Positions 16,978 through 26,841 of a DNA stretch of 64,000 nucleotides are shown here, piece after piece. The notes below the pieces were generated by a model that was not told the origin of the DNA, ran no database searches, and was given only the letters and a program-made list of their open reading frames with translations. The stretch covers positions 224,001-288,000 of the forward strand of contig CAXXMB010000001.1 in the NCBI GenBank assembly GCA_963668675.2, read 5' to 3'. The first letter of the stretch is position 1. Each line of letters opens with the position of its first letter. A program made the position numbers and the translations under genes. The DNA comes from an uncultured Desulfatitalea sp. (GTDB lineage Bacteria; Desulfobacterota; Desulfobacteria; Desulfobacterales; Desulfosarcinaceae).

Positions 16978-19815
16978 CTATTTCCATGGCTCTGCTTCAC
17001 CGCCCAGTATGAGTCCCGCGGGCAGGGATTCGCCAAAAAGCGTCTGCTCTTCATGCCGGGCGATCGGCACAACTTCTGTTAACAAACGCTGTTGGGGTTC
17101 CAATTCGTTATGCGGGGCCATCCATTCGGCAAGGCGTTTCACTACATTATCTTCCAAATCGCGGGTGCGGTCACCGGTTTTGCGGGCAAGTTGGGCCATG
17201 GCTGTGCCTGCCGCTTTGGTGTTGGGCCACTCTTGTTTGAGAAGGTTTTCGATCCAGCGGGAGGCCTCCTGGGGTGGAACCACGCGGTCGGTGGAGCCGT
17301 AGAGCAGGGCCCTGGCGCCGATGCGCGACAAGGACCAGAGGTGCTGCGGTCGGATCTGTTTCGGCGTGATCTGGGTGAGCAGCAGCCGGCCCCACTGGAT
17401 TTTGTCTTTGACGTAGAGCCGTTCGAGATTGGCGATGGCCATCCAGAGTTCGATCTGGAGTTGGGCGGGAAGGCGCGGCTTTTTCCCCTTTTTGCTTTGC
17501 AGCAGGCGCCCGGCGTCCTGGCTGAGCTGGCGCTGCTGGCCCGGGTTGAGGCCGCCGGCCAGGCGGCGCCACATGATCCACCACTCGTTCTGGACCTGGT
17601 TCTGCCTGGGGTGGGCGGGGCCCTGGTTGTAGATCTTCCAGGTGCGCTTGATGCGGTCGGGGTCGAGGCTATCGCCGAAGCCGGGGCGCAGGCAGTATCC
17701 GGTCAGGTTCATCCAGCGCGCCTCATGGGCCGGGCTTCGGGTGCGGGCTGCCGGGTTGTCTATGAGCAGATCGGCCAGTTCGCGCAGCAGGCGCAGCGGC
17801 CACTTGTCGCGGGGCAGATCAACGGTGGCGGCAATCTGCTTCACGACGCCGTCAAGCTGGGTTTGATCGGCGCTCTTCAGGGCGACTTCGAGCAGTTGGC
17901 GGGCCTCTGCGATGCGGTTGTCTTCCAGGACGATCTCTTCGCGCAGCTCTGTCTCGGGCATGGCGTCGCGCAGTTGAAACTGCAGTTGCCAGCGGTGGTC
18001 GCTGATCTGGGAGCGGCACCAGAGGGAGAGGGTGCCCATCTCGGTGTAGTGCGCTTCGATGGCGACCGGGATTTCGATTTTGGCGCCCCGCTTGCCGTAT
18101 TGGATGACGGTCTGCAGGGGCGGCAGCTGCATGAAGGTGTCGTCGATCTCGACGATACCGCCCATGCGGTCGCGGCTGCGGAAGCTTGAGCTGTAGAGGT
18201 CGAAGCGCACCGGCTGGTTGGCCAGCACCTGGAACTGACGGTCGCCCAGCGCGATGGCGCTGCCCTCGTCCAGGCCGCGCTCGACCAGGCAGATGGCTTG
18301 CTGGGGGGCTTTCTCTTGCTGGTCGGGATTGGCGACGCCGAGGTAGTAGCTGCGCGGGCTGCCGCTGCCGACGCGCACGCCGCGGCCCGTTTTGACCAAT
18401 CCGTAGTAGGCCGCTCCCTGTCCCACGGCCAGGTCGTGGCGCCGGTTCTCCAGGATGTCCGGCCGCTCTTCTTGGCTGCGGCCGAACCAGCGGCACACGG
18501 CGTCGATGATGCGCTGCTGGATCGCTTCGGGAACGAGGGCGCCGCCGTTGAAGAGCACCAGGTCGGGCATGGGGTCGGTTTTGCCCAGGATGTCGCCGAC
18601 CTCTTCGCGGTGGTGCTCCAGAAAACGCATCAGGTGTCGGGTGACGGCCGGTTCCGGTTCGTAAGGCAGGCCGAACTCGCTGATGGCGGCGCGCTGGGTC
18701 GCGGGGCGTTCATCGTCGCTATCGATGATGGGGAAAAACCCCTCCAGAATGGTCTGTTCGATGGTCGTTCGGTCCAGATCGGCGCTCATGGTGCCGGCGA
18801 TCAGGCGGCTGCCTGAACCCATCAGGGTGACGCGATGGGTGTCGGCCTCTCCCGAGAGAATCCGCTCCTTGGCCTGGCGGCACTGGTGGCACAGCGCCTG
18901 CCAGCGGTGGCTGTCCAGCGTCCCCTGTCGGTTGCCATGCCACTGGGATTCGACGAGGCGGGCCAGGGCCAGGTCCATGTTGTCGCCGCCCAGAAGCAGG
19001 TGGTCGCCCACGGCGATGCGCTCGAATCGGGGGCTGCCGCCCGCTCCGGCCGTGAGGGTCACCAGGGTAAAGTCGGTGGTGCCGCCGCCCACGTCGCAGA
19101 TCAGGATGAGCTGCCCCGGCTGGACCAGCTGATCCCAGCGCCGTTCGTGGTGCACGAGCCAGCTGTAGAAGGCGGCCAGGGGCTCCTCGAGAAGAATGAC
19201 TTCCCCGTAGCCGGCCATCTTGGCCGCGGCGAGGGTCAGCTCGCGGGCCACTTCGTCGAACGAGGCCGGCACCGTGACGATCACGGTCTGGTTCTCGAGA
19301 AAGTACTCCTCTTCGTTGCCCCGGCTGTGGTTCCACGCTTTGCGGATGTGCTCCAGATAGGCGGCGCTGGCCTGGACCGGGGAGACTTTGCGCACCTCGC
19401 CCGGTGCGCCCCAGGGCAGGATGCGGGCATGGCGGTCCACCCGGTCGTGGCAGAGCCAGCTTTTGGCCGAGGCCACCAGGCGGGTGGGCACCTGGGCGCC
19501 CTGGTCGCGGGCCCACGCCCCCACGAAATCATCTTCGCTGCGGGGCCACGGATGCACCATGGCGGAAGATTCGATGTCATATTGCCCGGGGATGTAGAGA
19601 AACGACGGCAGCACCGGCTGCCGGCTGAAGACGCCGGCATCGGTCAGCTGGGGCACCTCGAACGGCTGGATCGGTTCGACCTTCCCGGCGGCGTCGATGT
19701 CGGCGTAGGCCACCGCCGAGTTGGTGGTTCCCAGATCGATGCCGACAACCCAGCTTTCGCTGTCGTTTGGCTCGGTGTCGGTTGTGTTGTTGGTTTGTTG
19801 GGTCGCGTTCGACAT
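16978..19815 (-). CDS. Hsp70/DnaK-related protein with C-terminal extension (DUF3731-like)
   Basis: GIDLGTTNS, TVPASFD, DVGGGTTD, GGDNMD; C-terminal WMNLTGYCLRPGFG and FGESLPAGL. Confidence 0.88.
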   Translation of the reverse strand: MSNATQQTNNTTDTEPNDSESWVVGIDLGTTNSAVAYADIDAAGKVEPIQPFEVPQLTDAGVFSRQPVLPSFLYIPGQYDIESSAMVHPWPRSEDDFVGAWARDQGAQVPTRLVASAKSWLCHDRVDRHARILPWGAPGEVRKVSPVQASAAYLEHIRKAWNHSRGNEEEYFLENQTVIVTVPASFDEVARELTLAAAKMAGYGEVILLEEPLAAFYSWLVHHERRWDQLVQPGQLILICDVGGGTTDFTLVTLTAGAGGSPRFERIAVGDHLLLGGDNMDLALARLVESQWHGNRQGTLDSHRWQALCHQCRQAKERILSGEADTHRVTLMGSGSRLIAGTMSADLDRTTIEQTILEGFFPIIDSDDERPATQRAAISEFGLPYEPEPAVTRHLMRFLEHHREEVGDILGKTDPMPDLVLFNGGALVPEAIQQRIIDAVCRWFGRSQEERPDILENRRHDLAVGQGAAYYGLVKTGRGVRVGSGSPRSYYLGVANPDQQEKAPQQAICLVERGLDEGSAIALGDRQFQVLANQPVRFDLYSSSFRSRDRMGGIVEIDDTFMQLPPLQTVIQYGKRGAKIEIPVAIEAHYTEMGTLSLWCRSQISDHRWQLQFQLRDAMPETELREEIVLEDNRIAEARQLLEVALKSADQTQLDGVVKQIAATVDLPRDKWPLRLLRELADLLIDNPAARTRSPAHEARWMNLTGYCLRPGFGDSLDPDRIKRTWKIYNQGPAHPRQNQVQNEWWIMWRRLAGGLNPGQQRQLSQDAGRLLQSKKGKKPRLPAQLQIELWMAIANLERLYVKDKIQWGRLLLTQITPKQIRPQHLWSLSRIGARALLYGSTDRVVPPQEASRWIENLLKQEWPNTKAAGTAMAQLARKTGDRTRDLEDNVVKRLAEWMAPHNELEPQQRLLTEVVPIARHEEQTLFGESLPAGLILGGEAEPWK

Positions 19816-19873
19816 AGGTGCGTCTTGTGCCTTTAGGTTTATCTACGACCAAATCGCTAAAACTTTTCCGTAC

Positions 19874-19932
19874 GTCATAGCCCCGGATCGCGGTTATTTG
19901 AAAGACTGGATGCCGGCCTTCGCCGGCATGAC
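19874..19932. repeat. GTCAT...ATGAC palindromic element
   Basis: gtcatagccccggatc...ctggatgccggccttcgccggcatgac. Confidence 0.65.
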
Positions 19933-19963
19933 GGAAAAAGTGTTTGGCGATTTTGCGAATTCA

Positions 19964-21790
19964 TCAGCTTTGCTCCCTGACACTCCACTCCAGTCGCCAG
20001 CGCCGGTCGTCGGTTTTGGAGACGCACCACACCTCCAGGGTGCCCACTTCGGTGATGTTCAGTTCCAGGGTGACCGGCAGGGTCTGGTCGGGCTCACCAT
20101 CCAGGGTGATCTCCAGGGTGGTGACGGGAAGGATCTCCCCCTGCCAGTCCTCGACGATGGTGCCGACGCGGTCGTCGTGGCGGGTGGTGGATCCGAGAAA
20201 GTCGAAGGCGACCGGATCGCCCACCACCAGCATGAACTCCTGGTCGCGGATGGCGGCCGTGGTGCCCTCCTCCATGCCGAAGGCGGCCACACAGAGCGCC
20301 TTGGTGGGGGCCGGCATACCCGGTACGGCCGGCATGGCGGCGGCGATGCCGATATAGTAGGATCGGCCAAGGCCGCCGCGAATGCGAACCCCTTTTCCCT
20401 GCCTGGCCAGGCCGTAGCAGGCCGCGCCGCGCGCAACGGCCAGGTCGAAGTCGGCGCCATCAAGCTCTCGAACGGCTTCACTAACGCCAGTTTGGGGCGA
20501 CCAACTGTTGAGGATCGATAGGATCTGCTCGCGGAACAGCTCTGATTTCATGACACCGCCGTTGAAGAGGACGGCCGTGGGGCGTGCGTTGCCGCCGCTG
20601 GTGGCAGGGCGGTTGAGGAAGGCGGCCAGGTGGTGGCTGATGGCCGGGTCGGATTCGAAGGCCAGGCCGAACTCCCGGATGCCGCTGCGTCCGGCGCTCT
20701 GCGGGGAGGTGTCCGCTTCGCAGGCCGGGAAGAAGCCGTCGCGCAGAAGGCCCTGGGTGGTGTCGCGCGTCAGCTCGGTGGAGATGGTGCCGCCGATCAG
20801 ACTGCTGCCGCGTCCCAGCACAGTCACCGGCAGGCGGTCGCAGTCAGGGTCGGAGAGGAGTCGCTCCTTGGCGCTGCGGCAGCTGTGCCACAGCCCGTTC
20901 ATCTGCCAGCTGTCGAGGGTGGCGCCCGATTCGGAGAGCTGGCGCGCCAGGGTGTAGGCCAGGGTCAAATCCATGTTGTTGCCGCCCACCAGCAGGTGGT
21001 TGCCCACGGCGATTCGTTCCAGAGAGAGCGCCCCATCCGCTTCCGACACTTCGATCAGGCTGAGGTCGGTGGTGCCGCCGCCCACGTCGCAGACGAGGAT
21101 CAGGTCGCCCGGCGCCACGGCGTCGCGCCAGCGGTCTTTCCGGTCGGCGATCCAGGCATAAAAGGCGGCCTGGGGCTCTTCCAGCAGGGTGACCTGCGGC
21201 AATCCGGCGCTCTCCGCCGCCTTGACGGTCAATTCGCGGGCCGCGGCGTCGAACGAGGCCGGCACCGTGAGATAGATCAGCTGGTGCTCCATTTTCAGGT
21301 GCTCGTGGACTCCCTCATCGGTGCGGGCCATGGTGTGGTTCCAGGCGTGGCGCAGGTGGCGCAGAATGGCGGCAGAGGCGTCCACCGGCGAGAGCTTGGC
21401 GGTCCGGGGTGCCTCTTTGGCGTCTCCCTCCCAGGGGAGGATCGGCGCTTCCCGGTCGACCAGGGTGTTGCAGAGCCACGATTTGGACGAGGAGATGAGC
21501 CTCTGGGGCAGCTCTTCACCACGCCGGCGGGCGTACTCTCCAACGGCGTAGGCGGGAGCCGGGTCCCAGGGCAGGGCCAGCTCCTCCGCCGGTAAGCCTT
21601 CGCCCGGCGGCATGAGCACGAACGAGGGCAGCACGGGGCGCTGCTCAACGACGCCGTTGTCCACCAACTGGGGGATATCGAACAGACGGATGTCGGCCGC
21701 TTCGACGCTGGGCGTGTCGGCCGGTACGTAGGCCACGACGCTGTTGGTGGTGCCCAGGTCGATGCCGATGATATATTCAGGGGCGCTCAT
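19964..21790 (-). CDS. Hsp70/DnaK-related protein
   Basis: GIDLGTTNS, LLEEPQAAFY, DVGGGTTD, GGNNMD; paralogous to the first about 610 aa of 16978-19815. Confidence 0.9.
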   Translation of the reverse strand: MSAPEYIIGIDLGTTNSVVAYVPADTPSVEAADIRLFDIPQLVDNGVVEQRPVLPSFVLMPPGEGLPAEELALPWDPAPAYAVGEYARRRGEELPQRLISSSKSWLCNTLVDREAPILPWEGDAKEAPRTAKLSPVDASAAILRHLRHAWNHTMARTDEGVHEHLKMEHQLIYLTVPASFDAAARELTVKAAESAGLPQVTLLEEPQAAFYAWIADRKDRWRDAVAPGDLILVCDVGGGTTDLSLIEVSEADGALSLERIAVGNHLLVGGNNMDLTLAYTLARQLSESGATLDSWQMNGLWHSCRSAKERLLSDPDCDRLPVTVLGRGSSLIGGTISTELTRDTTQGLLRDGFFPACEADTSPQSAGRSGIREFGLAFESDPAISHHLAAFLNRPATSGGNARPTAVLFNGGVMKSELFREQILSILNSWSPQTGVSEAVRELDGADFDLAVARGAACYGLARQGKGVRIRGGLGRSYYIGIAAAMPAVPGMPAPTKALCVAAFGMEEGTTAAIRDQEFMLVVGDPVAFDFLGSTTRHDDRVGTIVEDWQGEILPVTTLEITLDGEPDQTLPVTLELNITEVGTLEVWCVSKTDDRRWRLEWSVREQS

Positions 21791-21819
21791 TATTTAACTC
21801 CGCAAGGGCCATTGCGTGC

Positions 21820-21907
21820 GGGCGTAAGGCCCGCCCTTAAGTGGTTTGGGTAGAAACGGAACGTGATTTCGACAACGGTCTTGTAGGGAAGGGGTTTATT
21901 CCCGCCT
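21820..21907. repeat. Pair of degenerate REP-like GC hairpins
   Basis: gggcgtaaggcccgccct and gtagggaaggggtttattcccgcct in the intergenic gap. Confidence 0.45.
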
Positions 21908-21920
21908 GTCCAGCTGCGAC

Positions 21921-22676
21921 TCACTGCACCTCCACCTCGGCCGGAGCGATGATGTCCGTGGCCTGCCGTCCGGAGAAGGTCGGCAGGTCGACCTTGCGGG
22001 CCCGCCAACCCCGATGACGCACGATGCCTTTGAACGGCGGTTCGCCGGTCACGTTGCCGACCAGTTTCAAGGTGTTGGGATCGAATCCTTTCTCCACCTC
22101 GATTTCATCCCCCTCCTGGGCGTCGAGTACGAATTGGGGCTTGATCTGGCCGTCGAGGGATTTTTTGCAGTTCTCGTGGATGCTGCGCACCGCCGCTCCG
22201 ATCTGGCCGTCCTGGTATTGGCTCAGATCTTCGGAGAAGAAGTCGAGCAGGCGACCCTCCTTCTGCAGGATGCCGATCAGGTGCAGATAGGTCCGTTTGG
22301 CGGCATCGGCCCGTTGTTTTGCAGCCTTCTCTTCGGCCTCTTTGGACGAGGGGGCCGGGCGCTTGACCGGGGCCGGCGCAGCAACGCTTGTACAGGTTCG
22401 TCGCAGGGAGAGCCAGGCCAGAAGGGCGACCAAGAAGAAAAAGAGGATGACGGACGGCAGAAACCAGGGCCAGAATCCCGAGGAGATCGCCGCCATCCAA
22501 TCGGCCAGCGATTTAATCTCGGTGATTTCCGGGTGTGTCTGGACAAGCCGGGCGATGCGCACTGTGCCCGTTCGAAGGCCCCAGTAGGCGGCACCGGCCA
22601 CGCACAGGGCGGCCAGCACGTTGAACAAAAGAACCCGGACGAAGACCGGTCGGGTGGATATTTTGGCGGTATCCAT
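21921..22676 (-). CDS. DUF2760 domain membrane protein
   Basis: Two TM segments, then LQKEGRLLDF, IGAAVRSIH, LVGNVTGEPPFKG, HRGWR, IIAPAEVEV; AAGGAG RBS before ATG 22676. Confidence 0.85.
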   Translation of the reverse strand: MDTAKISTRPVFVRVLLFNVLAALCVAGAAYWGLRTGTVRIARLVQTHPEITEIKSLADWMAAISSGFWPWFLPSVILFFFLVALLAWLSLRRTCTSVAAPAPVKRPAPSSKEAEEKAAKQRADAAKRTYLHLIGILQKEGRLLDFFSEDLSQYQDGQIGAAVRSIHENCKKSLDGQIKPQFVLDAQEGDEIEVEKGFDPNTLKLVGNVTGEPPFKGIVRHRGWRARKVDLPTFSGRQATDIIAPAEVEVQ

Positions 22677-22854
22677 GCGTTTCGAACTCCTTTTGGTTTT
22701 ATTGAGCACTTACCGGTGAGCCGCTGCTGTTCGCGCAGGCGGCTCACCCTTTTTAAAAAGGAATCTCTTTATCATCATTTTGGCTGGCTGTACATCTTGG
22801 CAGGGGGATCGGGGCCTTCTATTTTGGCAGTAAACATTATGCCAATAGACGACG

Positions 22855-22890
22855 CCCCCCTTTCACAAAGGGGGGCTGGTGGGGATTTTT
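22855..22890. repeat. CCCCCCTTT-N-AAAGGGGGG hairpin repeat
   Basis: cccccctttcacaaaggggggctggtggggatttt; second copy at 35849-35885. Confidence 0.6.
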
Positions 22891-22992
22891 TTCTGGATTC
22901 CCGTGTCCAAAGCAGTTGCATACGTCGGTATGCTTGTTCAGCGAGTGCGCCGTCTACCGGCCGCGACGAATATCGCGAACGGTGTGCAAGGA

Positions 22993-23715
22993 TCATTTCA
23001 ACATGGTCAACCGTTGTATGCCTTTGATTTGTCTGTAATTTGCGCCTTGGCTGATGCACTTCAGGGTGGTCTCCGGGTCGACGACCCGGGTGCCGCTGAT
23101 GGCATCCACACCGAAATCGAAAAGCAACGGTGAAAGCGGGGCTGTCGGTCCCAAGACCAAAACGAAGGCTGCGGGATCGCACAGCGCAAGCAGCTGTTCG
23201 AGGGTGTGGTGGGTCAGGGCGGCACCGGTGATGGCCACCACATCGGCATCGGGAATCAGATCCACGGCCCTGTGTTCTGCTTCGTCGCCAGGCTGCGGGT
23301 TTTTTTCGATCACCACCAGCGAGGCGGCGCGTTTTTTTATTTTGGGCACAAAAGGAAAGTGGCCGATGATGGCAACCCGTCTGTCTGCTGCCCGTTCGGC
23401 GATCAGTTCGGCGGCGTTCACCTCCCGGCAGCGCGCAACGTCGATCTTGAGCAGTGAATTGATGGCAGCCATGCCGATGGCCGCCTCCAATATGCTCTCC
23501 GAGTAGGCCATTTGGGTCAGTTGTTGGGCGCTCTTCAACGTAAGGCTGCCGGGGTTGTGGACCAGTGGCGGCGCCTGTCGCAGCGCATCGTGGGGCAGGG
23601 TGGCGGCAATCCCGCAATTGCGAGTCCAGACGGCGGTATCGAACATCCCCTGACGGATCTCTCTCACCGGAGCGTCGAAATCGAGGGTGGCGATCAAATG
23701 GTCGAGTATCTTCAT
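22993..23715 (-). CDS. DUF364 / Rossmann-like putative metal-chelation protein
   Basis: AAIGMAAINSLL, VAIIGHFPF, DVVAITGAAL, LGPTAPLSPLLF. Confidence 0.85.
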   Translation of the reverse strand: MKILDHLIATLDFDAPVREIRQGMFDTAVWTRNCGIAATLPHDALRQAPPLVHNPGSLTLKSAQQLTQMAYSESILEAAIGMAAINSLLKIDVARCREVNAAELIAERAADRRVAIIGHFPFVPKIKKRAASLVVIEKNPQPGDEAEHRAVDLIPDADVVAITGAALTHHTLEQLLALCDPAAFVLVLGPTAPLSPLLFDFGVDAISGTRVVDPETTLKCISQGANYRQIKGIQRLTMLK

Positions 23716-23771
23716 GTCACTCCGTGGTTAAGAGGTTGTAGAGACTAAGCGTAATGTTGTCGCCTCTCGTT

Positions 23772-23960
23772 TCAAGGATCGAGCACGACTTGATGGGTGT
23801 CGACCAGGTCGACGCTTCGCACGGTTCCCTCAACGAACTTTTTTTCGCCAAAGAGATTGATCAGCCAGAAGCCTCGGCCCTCGGACTCGATGCGGGCTAC
23901 ATCCCGCATGACCTCTTTCGGTTCACCGGATGCGTAAAGGTAGACGGTGCTTAAGCACAT
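23772..23960 (-). CDS. cooT: CooT family nickel-binding protein
   Basis: 62 aa, starts MCLSTVY; VMRDV, NLFGEKK, DLVDTH. Confidence 0.8.
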   Translation of the reverse strand: MCLSTVYLYASGEPKEVMRDVARIESEGRGFWLINLFGEKKFVEGTVRSVDLVDTHQVVLDP

Positions 23961-24055
23961 GTGATTCTCCCAACGGTTGGGATTAAGCCATTTGAGAGCA
24001 GGCTCACAAACAGCGTCTCAAAATGCACGGTTTCCTTCCCTTTGTGATCGTGCCG

Positions 24056-24811
24056 CTATTGTGCCAAGAGCTGCTCCAGCACTTTGCCAGCCGTATCGAA
24101 AGCGACGCCACTGGCAGGAACGCTTCCCGCCATCGATGCCTCGAACACCAGGGGATCGCTTGGGAACGTACCGATGATATCGAGTCCTTTTTCGGCAAGG
24201 GCCGCTTTCATTTTGCGGGAGACCTCATCTGACGGCGTTTTGTTCAAAACGGCGGATACCCTTTTTTGCATGCCGGCTGCAAGGGTTTTGATCCTGCCGG
24301 CCAGGTTCAGCGAGTCGAAAGAGGGTTCGACCACTACCAGTACGTGATCGATGTTCTCGTCGATGCCCCTCCCGAAATGTTCGACGCCCGCCTCCATATC
24401 GACGATGGCGATTTCACCATTTTTCAGGGAGAGCTTTTTGAGGAATTCACGGTTCAACACTCCCATGGGGCACGCACATCCCTCCAATGCCTGTAGAATT
24501 TTGCCGATGCCCACCAGCATGAGGCCGTTCTGCTTTCGGATAAAGTCAGGCGCGATCTCCTCTGTATGGATGAGGGCCTGGGTCATCAGGGATTGCTGCC
24601 CCATCTTCTCCTTGATGCCGGCCTTGCCCCCTACCAGTTCCATTAGCGGGGTCGGCGGTGATGCGAAGCCGAGCATCTGGTAGAGCCCGGAGTTGGAGTC
24701 GTCGGCGTCGACCACCAGCGCCTTCAAGTCTCGCAGTATGGCCTGTTTGGCCAGTAGCGTCGTGACAGTACTTTTCCCGCTGCCACCTTTGCCACATACA
24801 GATATCTTCAT
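24056..24811 (-). CDS. cooC: CooC-type nickel-insertion ATPase
   Basis: MKISVCGKGGSGKST, VVDAD, GCACPM (CxC), DMEAGVEHFGRG, VLNK; AAGGAG RBS. Confidence 0.85.
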   Translation of the reverse strand: MKISVCGKGGSGKSTVTTLLAKQAILRDLKALVVDADDSNSGLYQMLGFASPPTPLMELVGGKAGIKEKMGQQSLMTQALIHTEEIAPDFIRKQNGLMLVGIGKILQALEGCACPMGVLNREFLKKLSLKNGEIAIVDMEAGVEHFGRGIDENIDHVLVVVEPSFDSLNLAGRIKTLAAGMQKRVSAVLNKTPSDEVSRKMKAALAEKGLDIIGTFPSDPLVFEASMAGSVPASGVAFDTAGKVLEQLLAQ

Positions 24812-24929
24812 AGATCTGTTCTCCTTCTGCTTCATCATGCGCCCTCCCGCAAACAGAGACGGCCCATGGGTTGGAACCGCTTGCCGTCGTTGCCTTAAAT
24901 GGGGAGGAGATGATCGGCGGGTGTTCGGT

Positions 24930-25370
24930 TCATGTTTGGAGGGTCTCATTTTTCATGTAATCATCCAGGGCCGCCTGGACGGTGGCGGCGGCGAGGAAGG
25001 CGCAGTGCTGATCCTCCTCGGGAAAGCTGCCCAATATCTTCAGGATCAGCTGGCCGTCGATGTCGGTCAGCTCCTCAGGGGTTTTTCCCAGGGCCATTTC
25101 GGCGGCCAGTGAACCGCAAACGGTGCTGGCGCCGCAGCCATCCGTGAGGAAGGAGGCTGCTTTGACCTTTCCGTTATCGAACTTGAGGAAGATCTGCATG
25201 GTGTCACCGCATGTGCCGGTGAGGCGGCCATGGGCATCTGCATCTTTCATGGCGCCCCGATAGAGCGGGTGGCGCCATCTTTGAAACCCGATTTCACCGT
25301 AAGCTTCACGGGTCTCCTCGAAGATCTGGTCCTGTAATCCTTTGACGAAGTCGTCTAGTTTGTCACCCAT
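24930..25370 (-). CDS. NifU-N/IscU-like Fe-S scaffold protein
   Basis: GTCGDTM, FLTDGCG, DQHCAFLA (three conserved Cys). Confidence 0.85.
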   Translation of the reverse strand: MGDKLDDFVKGLQDQIFEETREAYGEIGFQRWRHPLYRGAMKDADAHGRLTGTCGDTMQIFLKFDNGKVKAASFLTDGCGASTVCGSLAAEMALGKTPEELTDIDGQLILKILGSFPEEDQHCAFLAAATVQAALDDYMKNETLQT

Positions 25371-25401
25371 TGTTTCCTCTGGTTCATGTTTCACTTGTTG
25401 T

Positions 25402-25962
25402 TTAACGCTTTTTCGGCGTTTTGTTCATGCCGCCCATGCCGCCCATGCCACCCATGCCGCCACCGCCCATACCACGGCCTCCACCGCCGCCCATGCCACC
25501 ACCACCCATGCCGCGACCTCCACCACCGCCCATGCCGCGTCCGCCGCCCATGCCACGGCCGCCCCTCATGCCGCCACCGCATCCGATGCCGCGTCCGGCG
25601 CCCATGCCGCTTGGGGCCGGATTGCCGGCGGCCGGGGATTGAGGCGTCTTGCCCGATTTGAACTGTTCCAGCGCGCTGCGCACGGTGCCACTGACACCGG
25701 TGACCACCTCGATGTCGACGGCACCGAAGGCTTGGATGGCGTTGGGACCGCAGCTGCCGGTCAACACGGTCGAAACGCCTTTTCCATGCACGAGTTGAAC
25801 CGATTGCGGACCGGCACCCCCTGGAAGGGAAACGTTGGGATTGGGAATCGCTTCAAATTCCAGGGTTTCAGGGGCGACAATCAAGAAGTAGGGGCATCGG
25901 CCGAAGCGGGGCTCGACCGTGCTGTCAAGCGTCGGGCCTGTGGATGAGATGGCGATTTTCAT
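25402..25962 (-). CDS. NifB/NifX family metallocluster-binding protein with Gly/Met/Arg-rich tail
   Basis: MKIAISS, PRFGRCPYFLIV, GAG, LTGSCGPNA; tail of GMGGGRG repeats. Confidence 0.88.
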   Translation of the reverse strand: MKIAISSTGPTLDSTVEPRFGRCPYFLIVAPETLEFEAIPNPNVSLPGGAGPQSVQLVHGKGVSTVLTGSCGPNAIQAFGAVDIEVVTGVSGTVRSALEQFKSGKTPQSPAAGNPAPSGMGAGRGIGCGGGMRGGRGMGGGRGMGGGGGRGMGGGGMGGGGGRGMGGGGMGGMGGMGGMNKTPKKR

Positions 25963-26012
25963 ATGGTTTACCTCCGCAAATAAAGGGTTAATTCCTGCTC
26001 AAAAAGTATGAC

Positions 26013-26028
26013 AGCAAGGCCCGTGCCG
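26013..26028 (-). promoter_or_regulatory. Sigma-54 (-24/-12) promoter for the NifX-NifU-cooC-cooT operon
   Basis: CGGCACG-GGCC-TTGCT on the minus strand; matches TGGCACG-N4-TTGC with correct spacing. Confidence 0.7.
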
Positions 26029-26259
26029 AGCATTGCAAAATGGGGTGTGATTCATATTCCCTTGCCCCGCTTGGGGTTCAAGGCGTACAAGCTGGGAGTC
26101 GGGCAGAAAGCGCGATTAATTGTATAGCAGAAATGCAACTCTATAACCTGAAGTGTTCCTGCTCTGCGACGCTACCTTCAAGGTCGCAAGACGATCCGCC
26201 ATTTCCGAAAAGCCGCGGGGCTGCGCAACTCCGCTTCTTGCCGTCTTGCGGACCCGGTC

Positions 26260-26275
26260 TGGCATGACCTGTGCG
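26260..26275 (+). promoter_or_regulatory. Sigma-54 promoter for the CGGC-DUF89-radical SAM operon
   Basis: TGGCATG-ACCT-GTGCG. Confidence 0.55.
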
Positions 26276-26375
26276 TCCCATGATGGTAAAAGGGACTGTT
26301 CCCTGTTTTTTCGAGAGATGTTCCACTCTTGATCGATATGGGCAGACCTTTTCAACACTTCGAAAGGAGGAACGG

Positions 26376-26774
26376 ATGACCAAAATAGGACTGATTCGTT
26401 GCGAGAAGAATGAAGATCGCTGTCCGCTAACCGGCTGCCTGACCAGTTTGAAGAATTGTGCACAGGCTTTTACATGCTATGATGAGGCTGAGATCACCGG
26501 GATCTTCACCTGTCGCTGTCCGGGTGACGGTCTGGTCGACAAGGTGAAGATATTGAAAAGCAAGGGTGCCCAGGCGATTCACTTCTGCACGTGCGCCTTT
26601 TCCCACAAGGCATCGAATCAGTGGGTGATGGGCGAGGGGTTTTGCGACCACCTGGATGAGCTCATGGCGCACGTTTCGAACGAGGCCGACATCACATGTG
26701 TAAAAGGTTCGGCCCACTTGCCCGAAGCGTATCAGCTGGAGATTTTCACTCGCACGGCGAGTGAGGTCCTGTGA
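26376..26774 (+). CDS. CGGC domain (Cys-rich, metal-binding) protein
   Basis: MTKIGLIRC..RCPLTGC...FTCRCPG...IHFCTC...FC...GSAH; AGGAGG RBS. Confidence 0.8.
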   Translation: MTKIGLIRCEKNEDRCPLTGCLTSLKNCAQAFTCYDEAEITGIFTCRCPGDGLVDKVKILKSKGAQAIHFCTCAFSHKASNQWVMGEGFCDHLDELMAHVSNEADITCVKGSAHLPEAYQLEIFTRTASEVL

Positions 26775-26841
26775 GCCGTCCTTTTTCCAGGACGGGGGAG
26801 GGATTGCGATGTTGCGTGTGACCTTTTGGAAAGCGATCTGA

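Noticed and set aside
17009..23027. Many long plus-strand and alternative-frame ORFs over the Hsp70/DUF2760 genes
   Set aside because: Expected shadow ORFs in high-GC coding DNA; no recognisable motifs
24812..24949. 46-aa N-terminal extension of CooC
   Set aside because: The RBS and family start point to ATG 24811; the extension is not protein-like
25342..25947. Ala/His-rich and Pro/Met-rich plus-strand ORFs
   Set aside because: Antisense readings of the Gly/Met repeat tail
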